A stretch of DNA of 64,000 nt from Mustelus asterias (taxonomy: Eukaryota): assembly GCF_964213995.1 (NCBI RefSeq), contig NC_135817.1, forward strand, positions 53,134,001 to 53,198,000. The letters run 5' to 3'. Positions 36,159 through 49,254 of the stretch are shown piece after piece. Position 1 is the first letter of the stretch. The number at the start of each line of letters is the position of its first letter. The position numbers and the translations under genes are program-made. Under the pieces are notes generated by a model. The model was not told where the DNA came from. It searched no databases and was given only the letters and a program-made list of their open reading frames with translations.

Positions 36159-37190
36159 GGGGGCGATTCTCCCAAAAGCACTGAATTGGCGAGAAAACTG
36201 GTCTTAATCCCGACTGTTTTCTCAGTTCAACTTCAGAACCGAATCTCCCACACTCTGTGCAATGCAGAGATCACAATCATGAATCTCATTAAAAATCCAG
36301 GGGAGGGGCGGGGCCTATTTGCGCCAGAGTCTGACAGTTCCGGAACTCTGCGTGTGCGCAGTGACCCCGATCTGTCAGTCTCCCTGTTTGCTGGCCAGAC
36401 CCGCACTGTTGCCGCTCCAGACCACCACCCCCCCCACCCCACCATGGCCCGATCACTGCCTCCCCCAAGCATTCCTGGGACAGCCCCAGCCCACCCCCTC
36501 CATCCCGAAGTGCCCTGCTGACCCTCCCCTCGGCAGACCCCCCCTCCCCAGTCCACCCTGATCACTGGCCTCCCTCCAGCCCCGACCGATTCCAATCCAG
36601 AGTGGCAGCGGGAATCCCCACCCCCACCGTTTGCCCTCAGGCCCGCCCCCTGGCCACACCCCTTGGCAGTGCCCTATGCCTGGTGGGCAGTGGCAAGATG
36701 CCCCCTGGGCATGGTGGCACAGGCTGGCACTGCCTTAGGTATCCATGCCCAGAGGGCACCACCCCTTCCCCCACCACCTGACCCCTTGTGGGACCCCAAT
36801 TGTGCCTTCCTTCACTCCAGTGGGATCTCCTGCTAGGTCCCCGAACATGGGGAGCTACTCTAAGCCCTGCCAGAGTGAAATACTCGTGGCGGGGTGGGGG
36901 ATGCTATCGGGCTCGGCAAATTCCGTGCCGGGCCCGATAATCATATTTAAAATAGATTTAAAATACATTAAAAGTATCCTTAAATCATTTACCTCTCATC
37001 CCGCCGGTTTCTGGCGCCGTCCCGACTGTGACTGTTCTCCAGCTCTGGGAGACGCGCATGCATCGGCAACGCGTGTGTGAATCCCGCGAAATGGGGGGAC
37101 GCATGCACAAACCCACGAAATGGCCGGCATGCGCAGCTCCCGACTCGACCCGCCAGAAAATTTGTGGGTTGCAATGGGAGAATCGCCCCC
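36159..37190 (+). mobile_element. Harbinger-type MITE (~1 kb)
   Basis: Perfect 16-bp TIR GGGGGCGATTCTCCCA / TGGGAGAATCGCCCCC; flanks ACA/ATA; homologous to the 42150 copy. Confidence 0.85.
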
Positions 37191-37769
37191 ATATTGTTTG
37201 CTAAGTTGAGTTACTCACTGTCATTCCTTAGGTTTTCCTGGTACAAATGTGGTCTAGTCCATGCTTGATAGCTGTTACATGACTAACTGAAGGCTATGGA
37301 CCAAGTGTTGGAAATGGGATTCGAATAGATTGGTGCTTGGACTCGATCATCCATGAGGTTGTGGGGGGAATCTGGGTGCGGTGGTGTTTGTTGGTGGGCC
37401 AGATGTAAATATAATCTTTCAGAGGTGCTTCCAAGGTGATGTGGAATTCCTGGAGATGGAATATTGTAACCAAATCAACAGATTGTATATAATTTGATAA
37501 TCCAAAATCTAACTTGGCTAAACTAAGATGTTCCCATGGTCAAATAAGATCCACTGGCTGAGTTTACATACAAAGATTGGTCACACAGCTAAGATGTTAC
37601 AGGGTGGGCAACATCTCTGAAACAATACCCCAGTATGAGTGGGTGCCTTCAGGAAGGGGAAGGTTGAGCAAGAAAAGATCCTGGAAACCTTCTGTGATGT
37701 AACAACTTTTGGGAAGTTTTGTTTAGATAATCTAAATTGAGACTAAGTTTTTTTTGGATTACTTCACAG

Positions 37770-38171
37770 AAACAGGCTTCAGTGTTACTGCAATAACACG
37801 AACACCATCCGTGATCTACAACAATGCATTTGAGCTCCAGTGTTTCATCAGACCCATCTATCCTTCCCGCGTGTCAGTCGCTGTAACGTGGAAATTCCAG
37901 CCAGCTGGATCGAGGAACAACTATGACATTGTCACCTTTGCACATGACACATCCATTTCTTGGGGGGACAAGGCGACAGATTTCGCAAATAAAACAATGA
38001 TAATAAAGGCAATGTCCAATATTGTCCGTCTGGTCATCTCCAAAGCCAGTGACTTGGAGGCAGGGAAGTACCAGTGCATCGCTGAACTGTGGCACCAAAA
38101 CCAGATGCACCAATGGGTGAAGAAAACCAATAAATCTTCAAATATTCTGGAGGTGAAGGTTAAACCCCCCG
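37770..38171 (+). CDS. IGSF3: IGSF3-like exon, Ig-V domain (domain 5 equivalent)
   Basis: tcacag| acceptor, G|gtaagt donor, 402 nt, phase 1-1; ETGFSVTAITRTP..LQCFIRP..VTWKFQP..EAGKYQCIAELW. Confidence 0.92.
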
Positions 38172-39120
38172 GTAAGTGAAGGCTCACTTGGTCAACACAA
38201 GTAAATATAGCTGTCAGCCAGGTTAGCCAAACAAATGTCTCTGTTCAATACATCAGTATGTCTGTCGATCTGTAATCTCATCCTTTAGTTGCCCTTTTCA
38301 ATTCTTTGAGGTTGAACAAGCTACTTAAGTTCCGAAGCAATTTGCCTAATGCCTTATTAGCTTACAGCCCAGAATATTTTGGTTTACAGTATTTGGATAG
38401 ACTAATATGAGTTGCAAGAATTCTTATTAAATTTTAAGCAGCAATCTCCTTGTGATTACTGAGGAACACAGTGCTCTAATCTTTCAATTGTGAGAAATTC
38501 AGCAGTATGAATTCGCTGTTTTTCACCTACACACACATTTATTGAACTGACGCATTGGTTGGCAATATGCATTTTAAGTATGCATCATTTACTTATGCCA
38601 GATCTTTCTCCTCCTCTTTCTTGAAGGCATCCATTCCTTGCTGAAGTAGTTTGACTGGTGCTGGATTGCACTCTGGTATCTTGCCCAGAGAGGCCGTTAA
38701 GCATGTGTGAACCTTGACAGTGAGCCTTTGCAGGTTGTTGTATGGGATTCCAAGGCTGGTCCCATGTTTACCCAACATGTGGATGAAAACATAAAAAACA
38801 TAGAAAATAGAAGCAGCAGTAGGCCATTCTTCCATTTGAGCCTGCTCTGCCATTATTATGATCATGGCTGATCATCAAATTCAATAGCCTGATCCCGCCT
38901 TCCCCCCCCCCCCCCACCCGCCGCCCCCCCCCCCCCCCCCCCCCATATCCTTTGATCCCTTTAGTCCCAAGAGCTATATCTAATTCCTAAATGAACTCAC
39001 ATGTTTTAGCCTCAACTACTTTCTGTTATAGTGAATTTCACAAATTCACCACTCTCTGCGTGAAGAAATTTCTCCTCATCTCAATCCTATGACCATTAGT
39101 TCTGGACTCCCCACCATTGT

Positions 39121-39412
39121 TTTAAAGTTTATTTATTAGTGTCACAAGTCGGCTTACATTAACACGGTAACAATGAAGTTACTGTGAAAATCCCATAGTC
39201 GTCACAATCCAGCGCCTGTTCAGGAACACTGAGGGAGAATTTAGCATGTCACGTCTTTCGGACTGTGGGAGGAAACTGGAGCACCCGGAGGAAACCCATG
39301 CAGACACAGGGAGAATGTGCAGATGCTGCACAGACAGAGACCCAAGCCAGGAATCAAACCTGGGTCCCTGGTGCTGTGAGGTAACAGTGCTAACCACAGT
39401 CCCACTATGTCA
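39121..39412 (-). mobile_element. HE1-head SINE with alternative tail
   Basis: Reverse complement of the 29588 type. Confidence 0.82.
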
Positions 39413-40774
39413 CCCCCAAATGTTGGGAAGATTCTTTCTGAATCTATCTTGTTCAATTCTGTTAGAAGTTTCTATGAGATTCCCTCTCACTCTTCTAAAC
39501 TCCAATGAATATAATCCTAACCAACTTAGTCTCTCCTCATATGACAATCCTACCATCCGAGGAATCAGCCTTGTCAACCTTCGCTGTATTCCCTCTGTAG
39601 CATGAACATCCTTCTTCAGATAAGGACACCAAAACTGCACACAATACTCCAGGTGCAGCCTCACCAATTCCCTATACAATTGCAGTGAAACATCCCTATC
39701 CTTATACACAAATCCTCTCGCTAAGGAGGCCAACATACCATTTGCCTTCTTTACTGCCTGTTGTACCTGCGCACTTACTTTCAGTGACTGATGTACGAGG
39801 ACACGAGGTCTTGTTGAGTATCCACCTCTCTCAATTTATACCCAATCAAATAATAATCTGCCTTCCTATTTTCTGCTACTAAAGTGGATAACTTCACATT
39901 TATCCACATTATTTTGCTTCTGCCATTCATATGCCCACTCACTCAGCCTGTCCAAATCATGCTGAAGCATCTCTGTATCCTTCTCACAGCTTACCTTCCT
40001 ACACAACTTTGTATCATCTGCAAATTAGGAGATAATACATTTAGTTTCCTCATCCAAATCTTCAATATATGGAATGTGAACATTTGGGGCCCTAGCATAG
40101 GTTCCTGCGATGCCCCACTAATCACTGCCTGCCAATTGGAAAAATACCCATTTATGCAAACTCTTTGCTTCCTATCTGTTAACCGGCTTTCTATCCATCT
40201 TAAGGTACTACCAGCAATCCCAGACGCTTTAACTTTACATGGTAATCTGTTATGTGAGACCTTGTCGAAAGCCTTCTCAAAGTTTAAATAAACCGGTTCT
40301 CCCTGGCCAACTCTACTAGTTACATCCTCAGAGAATTCCAGTAGATTTGTCAAGCATTATTTTCCTTTGGTAAATCCATGTTGACTTTGTCTGATTACGC
40401 CACTGCTTTCCAAATGCTGAGCTATGAAATCCTGGATAATGGATTCTAGCAACTTCCCCAGTACTGACATTAGGCTCACTGATCTATATTTCCCTGTTTT
40501 CTCTCTACCTCCCTTTTTGAATAGCAGGCTGAGCTACCCTAAATCTGTAGGAACCATTCACAAGTCCAAAAAATTTTAGAAAATGATCACCAATGGGCCA
40601 CTTCCTTAAGTACTCTGGGATGAAGATGGTCAGGCCCTAGAGATTCATCTGCTTTCAATCCCCATTAATTACTCCAAAATCATTTCTCTACTAATATTGA
40701 TTTCCTTCAGCTCCTCACTAAAACTTGTGTTTCTTAGAACTTCTGTTACATTATTCATGTCTTCCTTTGTGAAG

Positions 40775-41350
40775 TAAGAAGTCTCACAACACCAGGTTAA
40801 AGTCCAGCAGGTTTATTTGGTAGCACAAGCCACAAGCCTTCGGAGCGCTGCCCCTTCATCAGGTGAGTGGGAGTTCTGTTCACAAACAGGGCATATAAAG
40901 ACAAACTCAATTTACAAAATAATGGTTGGAATGTGAGTCTTTACAGGTAATCAAGTCTTAAATGTATCATAGAAGAATCATAGAAACCTTACAGTACAGG
41001 AGGAGGCCATTCGGCCCAACAAGTCTGCACCGACAATAATCCCACCCCAGGCCCTATCCACACAAATTTACCCCACTAATCCCACTAAACTACACATCTC
41101 GGGATACTAAGGGGCAATTTAGCATGACCAATCAACCTAACCTGCACATCTTTGGACTGTGGGAGGAAACCATAGCACCGGGAGGAAACCCACGCAGGCA
41201 TGGGGAGAGCGTGCAAACTCCACACAGACATTGACCCAAGCTGGGAATTGAACCCAGACCTCTGGTACAGACATGTGAGTGGACTTTAACCTGGTGTTGT
41301 GAGACTTCTTACTGTGCTTACCCCAGTCCAACGCTGGCATCTCCACATCA
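40775..41350 (-). mobile_element. Penelope 3' fragment plus inverted terminal piece, containing an HE1 SINE
   Basis: Same 3' UTR as 4817; TSD TTCCT(T/C)TGTGAAG at 40762-40774 and 41351-41363; hammerhead with GAAG instead of GAAA at ~40831-40865. Confidence 0.85.
40967..41263 (-). mobile_element. HE1-type SINE nested in the Penelope fragment
   Basis: Reverse-complement V-domain and tail; head truncated. Confidence 0.85.
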
Positions 41351-41644
41351 TTCCTCTGTGAAGACGGAAGCAAAGTATGAATTTAGTTCCTCAGCCATTT
41401 CTTTGTTCCCCGTTATGAATTCCCCCTTTTCTGACTGTAAGGGGTCTACTTTCATTTTTGTCAATCTTTTTCTCCTTACATACCCAAAAAAACTTTTATA
41501 GCCAGTTTTATGTTTCCCGCACGCTTACTTTCAGACTCTATTTTCCCCTATACATACATACTTGCAGCATAGTTTAAATAACGATAGGCAAAAGAACTTC
41601 TGTTATTTTCCCCTCTGTAACACAGGGACACGAAGACCACGTAT

Positions 41645-42015
41645 AAAGAAAGTCTTGCATTTATATAGCACCTTTCACAACCTTCTCCTTTACAGCCAGT
41701 ACTTTTGAAATCCAACTGTTGTTGTAATATAAGAAAAGCAGCAGCCAATTTCTGCACAGCAAGCTCTCCCAGACAACACTGATTATTTTTCCCAGTGGTA
41801 TTGATTGAAGAATAAATATCATACAGGCCATCATGGAGATTTTTTATATTCAGCTGAGAGAGCATAGACGAGGCCTTGTTTTAACATCTCATCCAAAGAA
41901 AGGAACCTTCAACAGTGCAGCACTCCCGCAGTGTCACAAGAGAGTGTCAGCCTAGGACCTGAACCCACAACTCTCTTACTCAGAAGCAAGAGCACTACAA
42001 ACTGACCCATGGCTG
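41645..42015 (-). mobile_element. DeuSINE (SacSINE1/AmnSINE1-like)
   Basis: - strand GGGAGTGCTGCACTGTTGAAGGTTCC..GGATGAGATGTTAAAACAAGGCC matches the Deu core as recalled; tail GCTATATAAATGCAAG. Confidence 0.7.
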
Positions 42016-42149
42016 ACACACACAGCTCCTACCTCCACACTACTGAAGTCAGCTTACGCAGCACAACTGGAGGTCATATCTCAGCCTTCTGTGGCTCAAT
42101 TACTTTGTAGGTAAATGTGCTGAGCTATCAGAAAGCCCATACACTTTGT

Positions 42150-43396
42150 GGGGGCGATTCTCCCAAAAAAATTCTAAGTGGGTCTGCATGGGTTTCCTCC
42201 GGGTGCTCCGGTTTCCTCCCACAGTCCAAAGATGGGCGGGTTAGGTTGATTGGCCATGCTAAAATTGTCTCTTAGTGTCCTGGGATGCGTAGATTAGAGG
42301 GATTAGTGGGTAAAATATGTAGGGATATGGGGGTAGGGCCTGGGTGGGATTGTGGTCGGTGCAGACTCAATGGGCTGAATGGTCTCTTTTCCGTACTGTA
42401 GGATTTCTATGATTTCTAAGAAGTGCTAAATTCGCGGGAAAAGTGGTGTAAATCACGATTGTTTTTTCAGTGCAACTTCAGACTCAAATCTCCCACAATC
42501 TGTGCAATGCAGAGGTCACAATCAGAAATATAATTAAAAGCTTGGGGGACGGGGCCTATTCACGCCAGAGTCTGACAGTTCTGGAACTCTGCACATGCGC
42601 AGTGGCCCCGATCTGTCAGCCTCTGGTTTGCTGGCCAGCTTGATCGCTGGCCAGCCCAGACCCCTGCAGTGCAGCCCTCCCCGCGCCCCCCCCCCCGCCC
42701 CGCCCCCCCCCCCCCTCCACCGCCACGGCCCGATCGTGGTCCCCACAAGCATTCCCGGGCCATCCCCGACCCGGAGCACCCCGATTTCCAGCCCCGCCAC
42801 CCCAGCAGAAAATCCTCCCTCCCCGATCACTGGCTTCCCTCCAGCCCTGACCAGATCCCAATGCAGAGTGGCAGCAGGACCCCCCACCGATCGCCCCCTA
42901 GGCCCCGCCCCTTGGCACTATCTGATGCCCAGTGGGCAGTGCCAAGGTGCCCCTGGACATTGACACTTTGCCACTTGAGCAGTGCCAGGAGCACAGGCTG
43001 GCACTGCCAGGGTGCCCATGCCCAGGGGGCACCAACTCCCCGCCACCCAACCCCCGGGAGCCCTGATTGCCCCCCCCTTCACTCCAGCGGGGACCCCCCC
43101 TAGTTCCCCGAAAGAGGGGAGCTAATCTGAACCTTGTTGGAGTGAAATACTCCTGGCGGGGTGGGAGATGCTAGCGGGCCTGGAGAATTCAGTCCTAGGC
43201 CCGATAATGACATTTAAATAACATAAAAAATGGATTAAAATGACTAACCTGGTCTTCCCGCCAGTTTCCAGTGTGGCCCCGACCACGCCGATTTCCGCCG
43301 GTGGGAGATGCGTGAATCCCATGAATCGGCGTACGTGCGCATCTCCCGACCCGATCCGCAAAAAAATTAGCGGGTCAGAATGGGAGAATTTCCCCC
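42150..43396 (+). mobile_element. Harbinger-type MITE with nested truncated HE1 SINE (42181-42420)
   Basis: TIR GGGGGCGATTCTCCCA / TGGGAGAATTTCCCCC; 3-bp TSD TGT (42147-42149, 43397-43399). Confidence 0.87.
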
Positions 43397-43446
43397 TGTT
43401 TCTTTGTTTATTGAATACGCCTGCATTTTTTTCCAACGTAGACTTT

Positions 43447-43652
43447 TAGAGATTTACAGCATGGAAACAGGCCCTTCAGCCCTACTTGTCCATGCTGCCT
43501 TTTTTTTAACCACTAAGCTAGTCTCAATTGCCCGCATTTGGCCCATGTCCCTCTATACCCATGTAACTGTCTAAATGTTTTTTAAAAGACAAAATTGTAC
43601 CCGCCTCTACTACTACCTCTGGCAGCTCGTTCCAGACACTCACCACCTTCTG
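43447..43652 (-). mobile_element. CR1 3' fragment
   Basis: Reverse RRVVSVWNELP plus 3' UTR. Confidence 0.75.
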
Positions 43653-44734
43653 TTATCTTCATAAAAAGACAATTTGTTTCAGAAGATTACTACTTCACAC
43701 AGATGACATTGGTTCATTTGCACTGCATCAGTAAATGCCATTCAGTTATCTTCCCTTTACTGCTATAAAAAAAGCTTATTTAAAAATAACATCAAACCTT
43801 AATTTTTATGAGTTGGTTAGACTCTGTCTTTCCCTACACTCTGTAGCTTAGACTTCATCTCTCTCTTTCCATTCATTCCCATTTCCATCATCTACTTCAG
43901 TGTCAACCATAGCTGTCCCTTGAGGTCCTTGAGTCATCTTTGTGCCAAAGCTCATTTCCTGCAAGTGGGATTGAATGGAGCCGATGGCCATTAATGTTCT
44001 TGCTGTTCTTTCACAGCACTAATTAGAGTCAGTGCGCTGTAGTAGCAATGAGTGTTCTTCCCCGAGTCACTCACCAGAATCACTTGGAATGGTGGATTTG
44101 TCTTTTAACTCTTAAGATCTTCAATCGTTCTCGTTAGATATTCTGAGGCATGCCTCAAATATTTTCAAATCATCTTTAACATAACGTATGTTTATTCATG
44201 ATGCTGAATGGGTCTTATTTTGATCTGAAGACATTTTCCTCCAAAGTAATGCACAGGCTCAGCATATTAGAAACACACTGCAGAGAAGAAAGGGGCTGAG
44301 AAACATCACAGTTTCCAATACACTGATGGGCTCAGAAATCTGATGAAATGGCAGCATTTACAGATGTAAAGTTGACACCAAAGCATCCTCTAAAGCAGGC
44401 AGTTGTTACTGATATATTAAAAAAAAGCTATCCAGTTCCTACACCAGAAGCCCATGTTTACCCTTGGCACATGTAACTAAGCAGCAAGACGCCTATTTGG
44501 TGTACTTTTAACGGATTAGTTGCCTTGAACACAGCTGGTGCTGGGCTAACTATATTCAGGAAAACCAGGTCTCCATTCTGGCAATCAGTGGATCTTTAAA
44601 GGAACCAATTTCCAGCCGCAGCCAAAAAGTGCATTTCTAAAAAGAAAATGGTGACCTCAACTTGGAACCAGAAGGTACAAGGGTGCTTCTCCCAGCTCTG
44701 TAACAAAGCCAGGGGCCACGACCAACCTCCAATA

Positions 44735-45075
44735 GCCACCAGCCCTATCCCAGCCACTGTCTCAACCTCCATGTCCTCTTCCTATCACTATCTCAAATCC
44801 CCATCATCCCCATCACTGTCTCAAATCCTCACCATCCACATCACTGCCTCAAATTCCCATCATCCGCATCACTGCCTCAACCCACTCCCATCCCCCATCC
44901 CCCGCCCCTTCACTGTTTCAAACCCCACCATGTACCCTATCCCATCACTGTCTCAAACTCCCTATCCCCCATCACTGTCTCAAACCCCTCCATCCCCATC
45001 ATTATCTCAAATCCCCACCGTCCCCATCACTGCATCAAGCCCCCACCACCCCCCATCCCCTGCTACCTCAAACCT
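44735..45075. repeat. Imperfect minisatellite, ~28-bp unit CCCCATCACTGTCTCAAATCCCCA..
   Basis: About ten degenerate copies visible. Confidence 0.75.
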
Positions 45076-45112
45076 ATCCAATTGCTACCTTGAGTTGCCC
45101 ATCCTTCACCCT

Positions 45113-45392
45113 TTAGCACTGCTCTCTCACAGCACCAGGGATCCAAGTTCAAATCCCGGTTGGGTTATTGTCTGTGTGAAGTCTGCACATTCTCCCCGTG
45201 TCCGCATGGGTTTCCTCCAGGTGCTCCAGTTTCCTCCCACAGTCCAATTTAGGTGTATTGGCCATGGTAAATTCTCCCTCAGTGTACCCGAACAGGTGCC
45301 GGAGTGTGGCAACTAGGGGATCTTCACAGTGAATTCATTGCAGTGTTAATGTAAGCCTACTTGTGACACTAATAAATAAACTTTAAAACTTT
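45113..45392 (+). mobile_element. HE1-head SINE with alternative tail
   Basis: Same structure as 29588. Confidence 0.82.
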
Positions 45393-47799
45393 ATCTCGAC
45401 CCGTCAATCCCCCATCCCGAACATTACATTGACATCCCATTCCAATTGCTGCCACTGTCCCTACATCCCTATAAAGCAAGGTGGTTTTTAAAAATTAACA
45501 AGGAGCAGAAAATATCTTACCAGCTTTACATTTCTTTTTAATTTAACTTTTTAATTTAGAATTTTTTTACCAGAAGATAACATAATTCAGTACAACTGAA
45601 GCTTTTGTGGGGGAATAAAGGAACACAAATCTATAGGAAGCCCCAAGAACCACATTTCAGAATTTGTGTCTTTGAAAATTTTTTTTGAGGTGAACATTTT
45701 TAAAAGCTGACCTGGAGTCAGTTTAGCATTTGCAATAAAAGGTAGGACAGAAGCTGGAAACATTACAAAAGTTACAGGAATTCCCTGTGCAATAGGAACT
45801 AGTCCTTTCTAGTTCCCTTCTCTTGTTGTGGGGACTGGTAATCTTTTTTGTTCTCACTCAATGTTCTATTAATTGCCATTAAACCTACACAGTGAATGCC
45901 AGCAGACATGGATTATCTTATGATTCGGCATTACCCTGTATTTCACAGGGAACAACTAACTCAAATGCATGTTTATCAGTGGGAATCATGGGATTATAAT
46001 CAGGAACTCGAACTGGATTTCCCCTCTCCCAACTTGTTATGATGGCTACGGCGGATCGTCAATAGATCTCCCCCTGGGCCTCGTAGAGTACGAGCTCCCC
46101 TACTAAGCGAGTGGAGGCTCGCCCAATAGGGAAAGAGCAGCGATGAACAACGTTCTACTGTCTTCACTTGGAAGAAGCAAACATTTGTTATGCTCCATTT
46201 TTGTAAATAAAATTTGACTGTCATTTGTGCTCAGAAAAAACCAAGCTGGGTTCTACTCAGGCTGGCAGTCGAAGAACTCTGGGACTCGATCTGTACACTG
46301 TAACCGCAGAAGCGGTACTCTATACATGTTATAAGTAAAGAGTGTGGTGATGGAAGACTGGCCTTGACAAGATTATTACACAACTCATTATCATTGAGTT
46401 CAATTTTGATACCACAATTGTGCCAGTTAAATTGGCACAAACTCAGAATGAAATTTAAGGTCTTTTGTTTTATATGGTGAGCTATCACAAGCCATGGAAG
46501 GGACTGGATGATCCTGGTCATTATGCAATAGCCTTCCTTGCTCACAAATATGACTCTTCTGTGATGAAAAGGTAAAAATCATAGAGTGATACAGCGAAGG
46601 TGGAGGCCATTCATCCTTTTATTCCTGTGCTGGCTCATTGCAAGGACTATCTAATTATTCCCACTCCCCTGAAATTTCCTCAAAATAATAAAGCTCTTGC
46701 TTGAGAGACATGGATGTAGCTTTTCTTCTTTGCTGTGTGTGGCGAGGAGGGGAAATTGGGCAAGAAGCCCTTTTATATCTGGTCTTTCCTCTGATAGCAT
46801 CAACTTGGGATTGCCTGGAATCCCCTCACTAAGCAAAACTGGACCAGAATCTGCTTTAGCCATAAGCCTAAATGAGGCAGAAGAATATGTTCCTACCAGA
46901 GATCTATTACAGATAAGGAGCATTTCAAAGGGAACAAAGCAAAGGAAAGCTGAAAGAATTAAAAATGTAAGCACACAAGCACAGGAAAAGAAATGAAATA
47001 GCTTGTGAATTGCTCAAGTAGAGAACAGGGAATAAAGAAATAAGAGGCACATCAGGTATAGTGAATATATGAGTTGCTAAAGGGGTGAGGTTAGACTGCT
47101 GAAAAGAACAGCATAAAAAACTGGCAAAGTGAAAAAGTTGCAGCAGCCATGAGCCTGATAGAAGAATGGAAATGGAAATGGGGCAGCAGCTCTAATAGGC
47201 AGATGCTTCATTCCACAGGTTTAGTGTTACTCTTTAGTGTTAACCTGCTTCTTTTTTCTGTCAGGCCCCTGGGTCATTGCTGCCTTTCCAGCATGCTCAC
47301 CGTACCCTTTCTGCTAGCCACGCACTATTTGTTGTCTTCTTCCAATTTACAATGGGTCACCACAATGCTGGTTCTTCGCCCTTCTCCACATCTCTCACCA
47401 CTGCATCCTTCCATCTGGCCTTGGACTTTCCTCTTCTCCTCCTCCCTGGCACTCCCATCTCCGTCACTCACCTTATCACATTTCCTCTCTCTATCTCCTG
47501 CGGCAGTGACCACACCATTTCAACCTTTTCTCTGTTACTTTCTTCGACGCTCCCATGGCCATCACTAACCCCCTGATGTGCTGATTCCTGATTTTGTCCT
47601 TTCGCGTTACTTCACACCTCCTTCTCAGCACTCACATCCCAGAAGTATTCAGTTATTGTTCCTCTTTTCTTGATGTTGCCCGAGTTTCTGCATTAAAAAA
47701 CAAGGCCGGTCTCATAACTGTCTTGTAGATTCTTTTTTTCAGTTTCAGCAATACTTTTCTATCGCGTAACACTCACAATGTTTGTGTCTTGTATACAGA

Positions 47800-48290
47800 G
47801 AAACATAGAAAATAGGAGCAGGAGGAGGCCACTTGGCCCTTCGAATCTGCTCCGCCTTTCATCGCAATCATGGCTGATTGTCCAACTCAATAGCCTAATC
47901 CTGCTTTTTCCCCATAACCTTTGATCCCATTCGCCCCAAGTGCTATATCCAGCTGTCTCCTGAATATGTTCAATGTTTTGGCATCAACTAGTTCCTGTGG
48001 TAATGAATTCCACAGGCTCACCACTCTTTTGCGTGAAGAAATGTCTCCTCATCTCTGTCCTAAATGGTCTACCCCGAATCCTCAAACTGGTTCTGGGCAC
48101 ACCCACCATCGGGAACATCCTCCCTGCATCTACTCTGTCTGTCCTGTTAGAATTTTATAAGTCTTTATGCAATCCCCCACCTCATTTGTCTGAACTCCAG
48201 TGAAAACAATCCGAACCTAGTCAATCTCTCCTCATCATCATTCCTGCCATCAGCCTGGTAAACTTTCGTTGCACTCCCTCGAGAGCAAGA
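47800..48290 (-). mobile_element. CR1 3' fragment
   Basis: AACATAGAAAATAGGAGCAGGAG tail; reverse strand resembles RRHFFTQRVVSLWNSLP. Confidence 0.8.
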
Positions 48291-48848
48291 ACACACAACT
48301 CTCATGCTTATGTTACTTCTATTTTATTCTTGCAGTTTTCAACTTCAGTGCTTTCCAAGTTATACAGTTTCATTTCCCACTTGTGTGGTCTCACCATGGT
48401 TTTATTATTTAATTTTTCCCTTATTTTGATTATTTTTATTGTTGTAATGGGAGTCAGTTAGCTCGCTTGGCTACATTGCCCATGTGTAGTTTAGATTAAT
48501 GGTAACAGTGTGGGTTCAATTCCCATTCCAGCTGAGGCGGACCTGGGGCCTGCCTCCTCGCCCTGACCCTGAGAGTGGAAAGCATTGTCAAAACACCACT
48601 GGCAAAAACTGCCATATAAACGACCCAGGATGAAGCACCAGCAGACAATGAGCCACGAACCTGCCTTCAGGCAGTACATACTGTTTTGTCCTGTGTTCAG
48701 GGTCTAGATGGGGTTCTTTGGGGTTGGCCTATTTTCCCTAAGTAAGCTACGCACGACTGTAGTTTATCAAAACAATTATTATTTATTTTCAGCTCTCTGT
48801 ACATCTTAGGAACTCTGCATGAATTTGGACTTCTCCTCCCTCCAGATC

Positions 48849-49165
48849 GGGGTGGCACAGTGGTTAGCACTGATTCCCCACAGCGCTAGGGACCCAGGTT
48901 CAATTCCGGCCTCGGGTGACTGTCCATGTGGAGTTTGCACATTCTCCCTGTGTCTGCGTCTGTTTCCTCCGGGTGCACCGGATTCCTCCCACTGTCTAAA
49001 GATGTGCGGGTTAGTAGGATTGGTCATGCTAAATTGACCCTTAGCGTCAGGAAGACTAGCGGGGTAAATACGGGGCGTTACGGGGATAAGGCCTGGGTGG
49101 GATTGTTGTCGGTGCAGATTGGGTGGGCTGAATGGCCATCTGCACTGCAGAGATTCCATGATCTC
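48849..49165 (+). mobile_element. HE1-type SINE
   Basis: Head, V-domain and tail. Confidence 0.88.
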
Positions 49166-49254
49166 TGTTTTAGGATTATGTCATTGCTTCATAGTTACAT
49201 CAGCATCCTGTGCTTCTGAAGTTAACCCTTTACTCTAAACACACATGAGATGAT

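Larger units (their letters stand above)
38788..41550 (-). mobile_element. Decayed CR1 ORF2 with nested SINE and Penelope insertions
   Basis: LEYCVQFWCP, NFEKAFDKVSH, TNLLEFSEDV remnants; AACATAGAA tail at ~38790. Confidence 0.85.

Noticed and set aside
44735-45075. Regularly spaced repeats resembling a CRISPR array
   Set aside because: Degenerate tandem units without unique spacers, vertebrate context, no cas genes.
44648-45316. 222-aa Pro/Ser-rich ORF
   Set aside because: Produced by a minisatellite running into a SINE.
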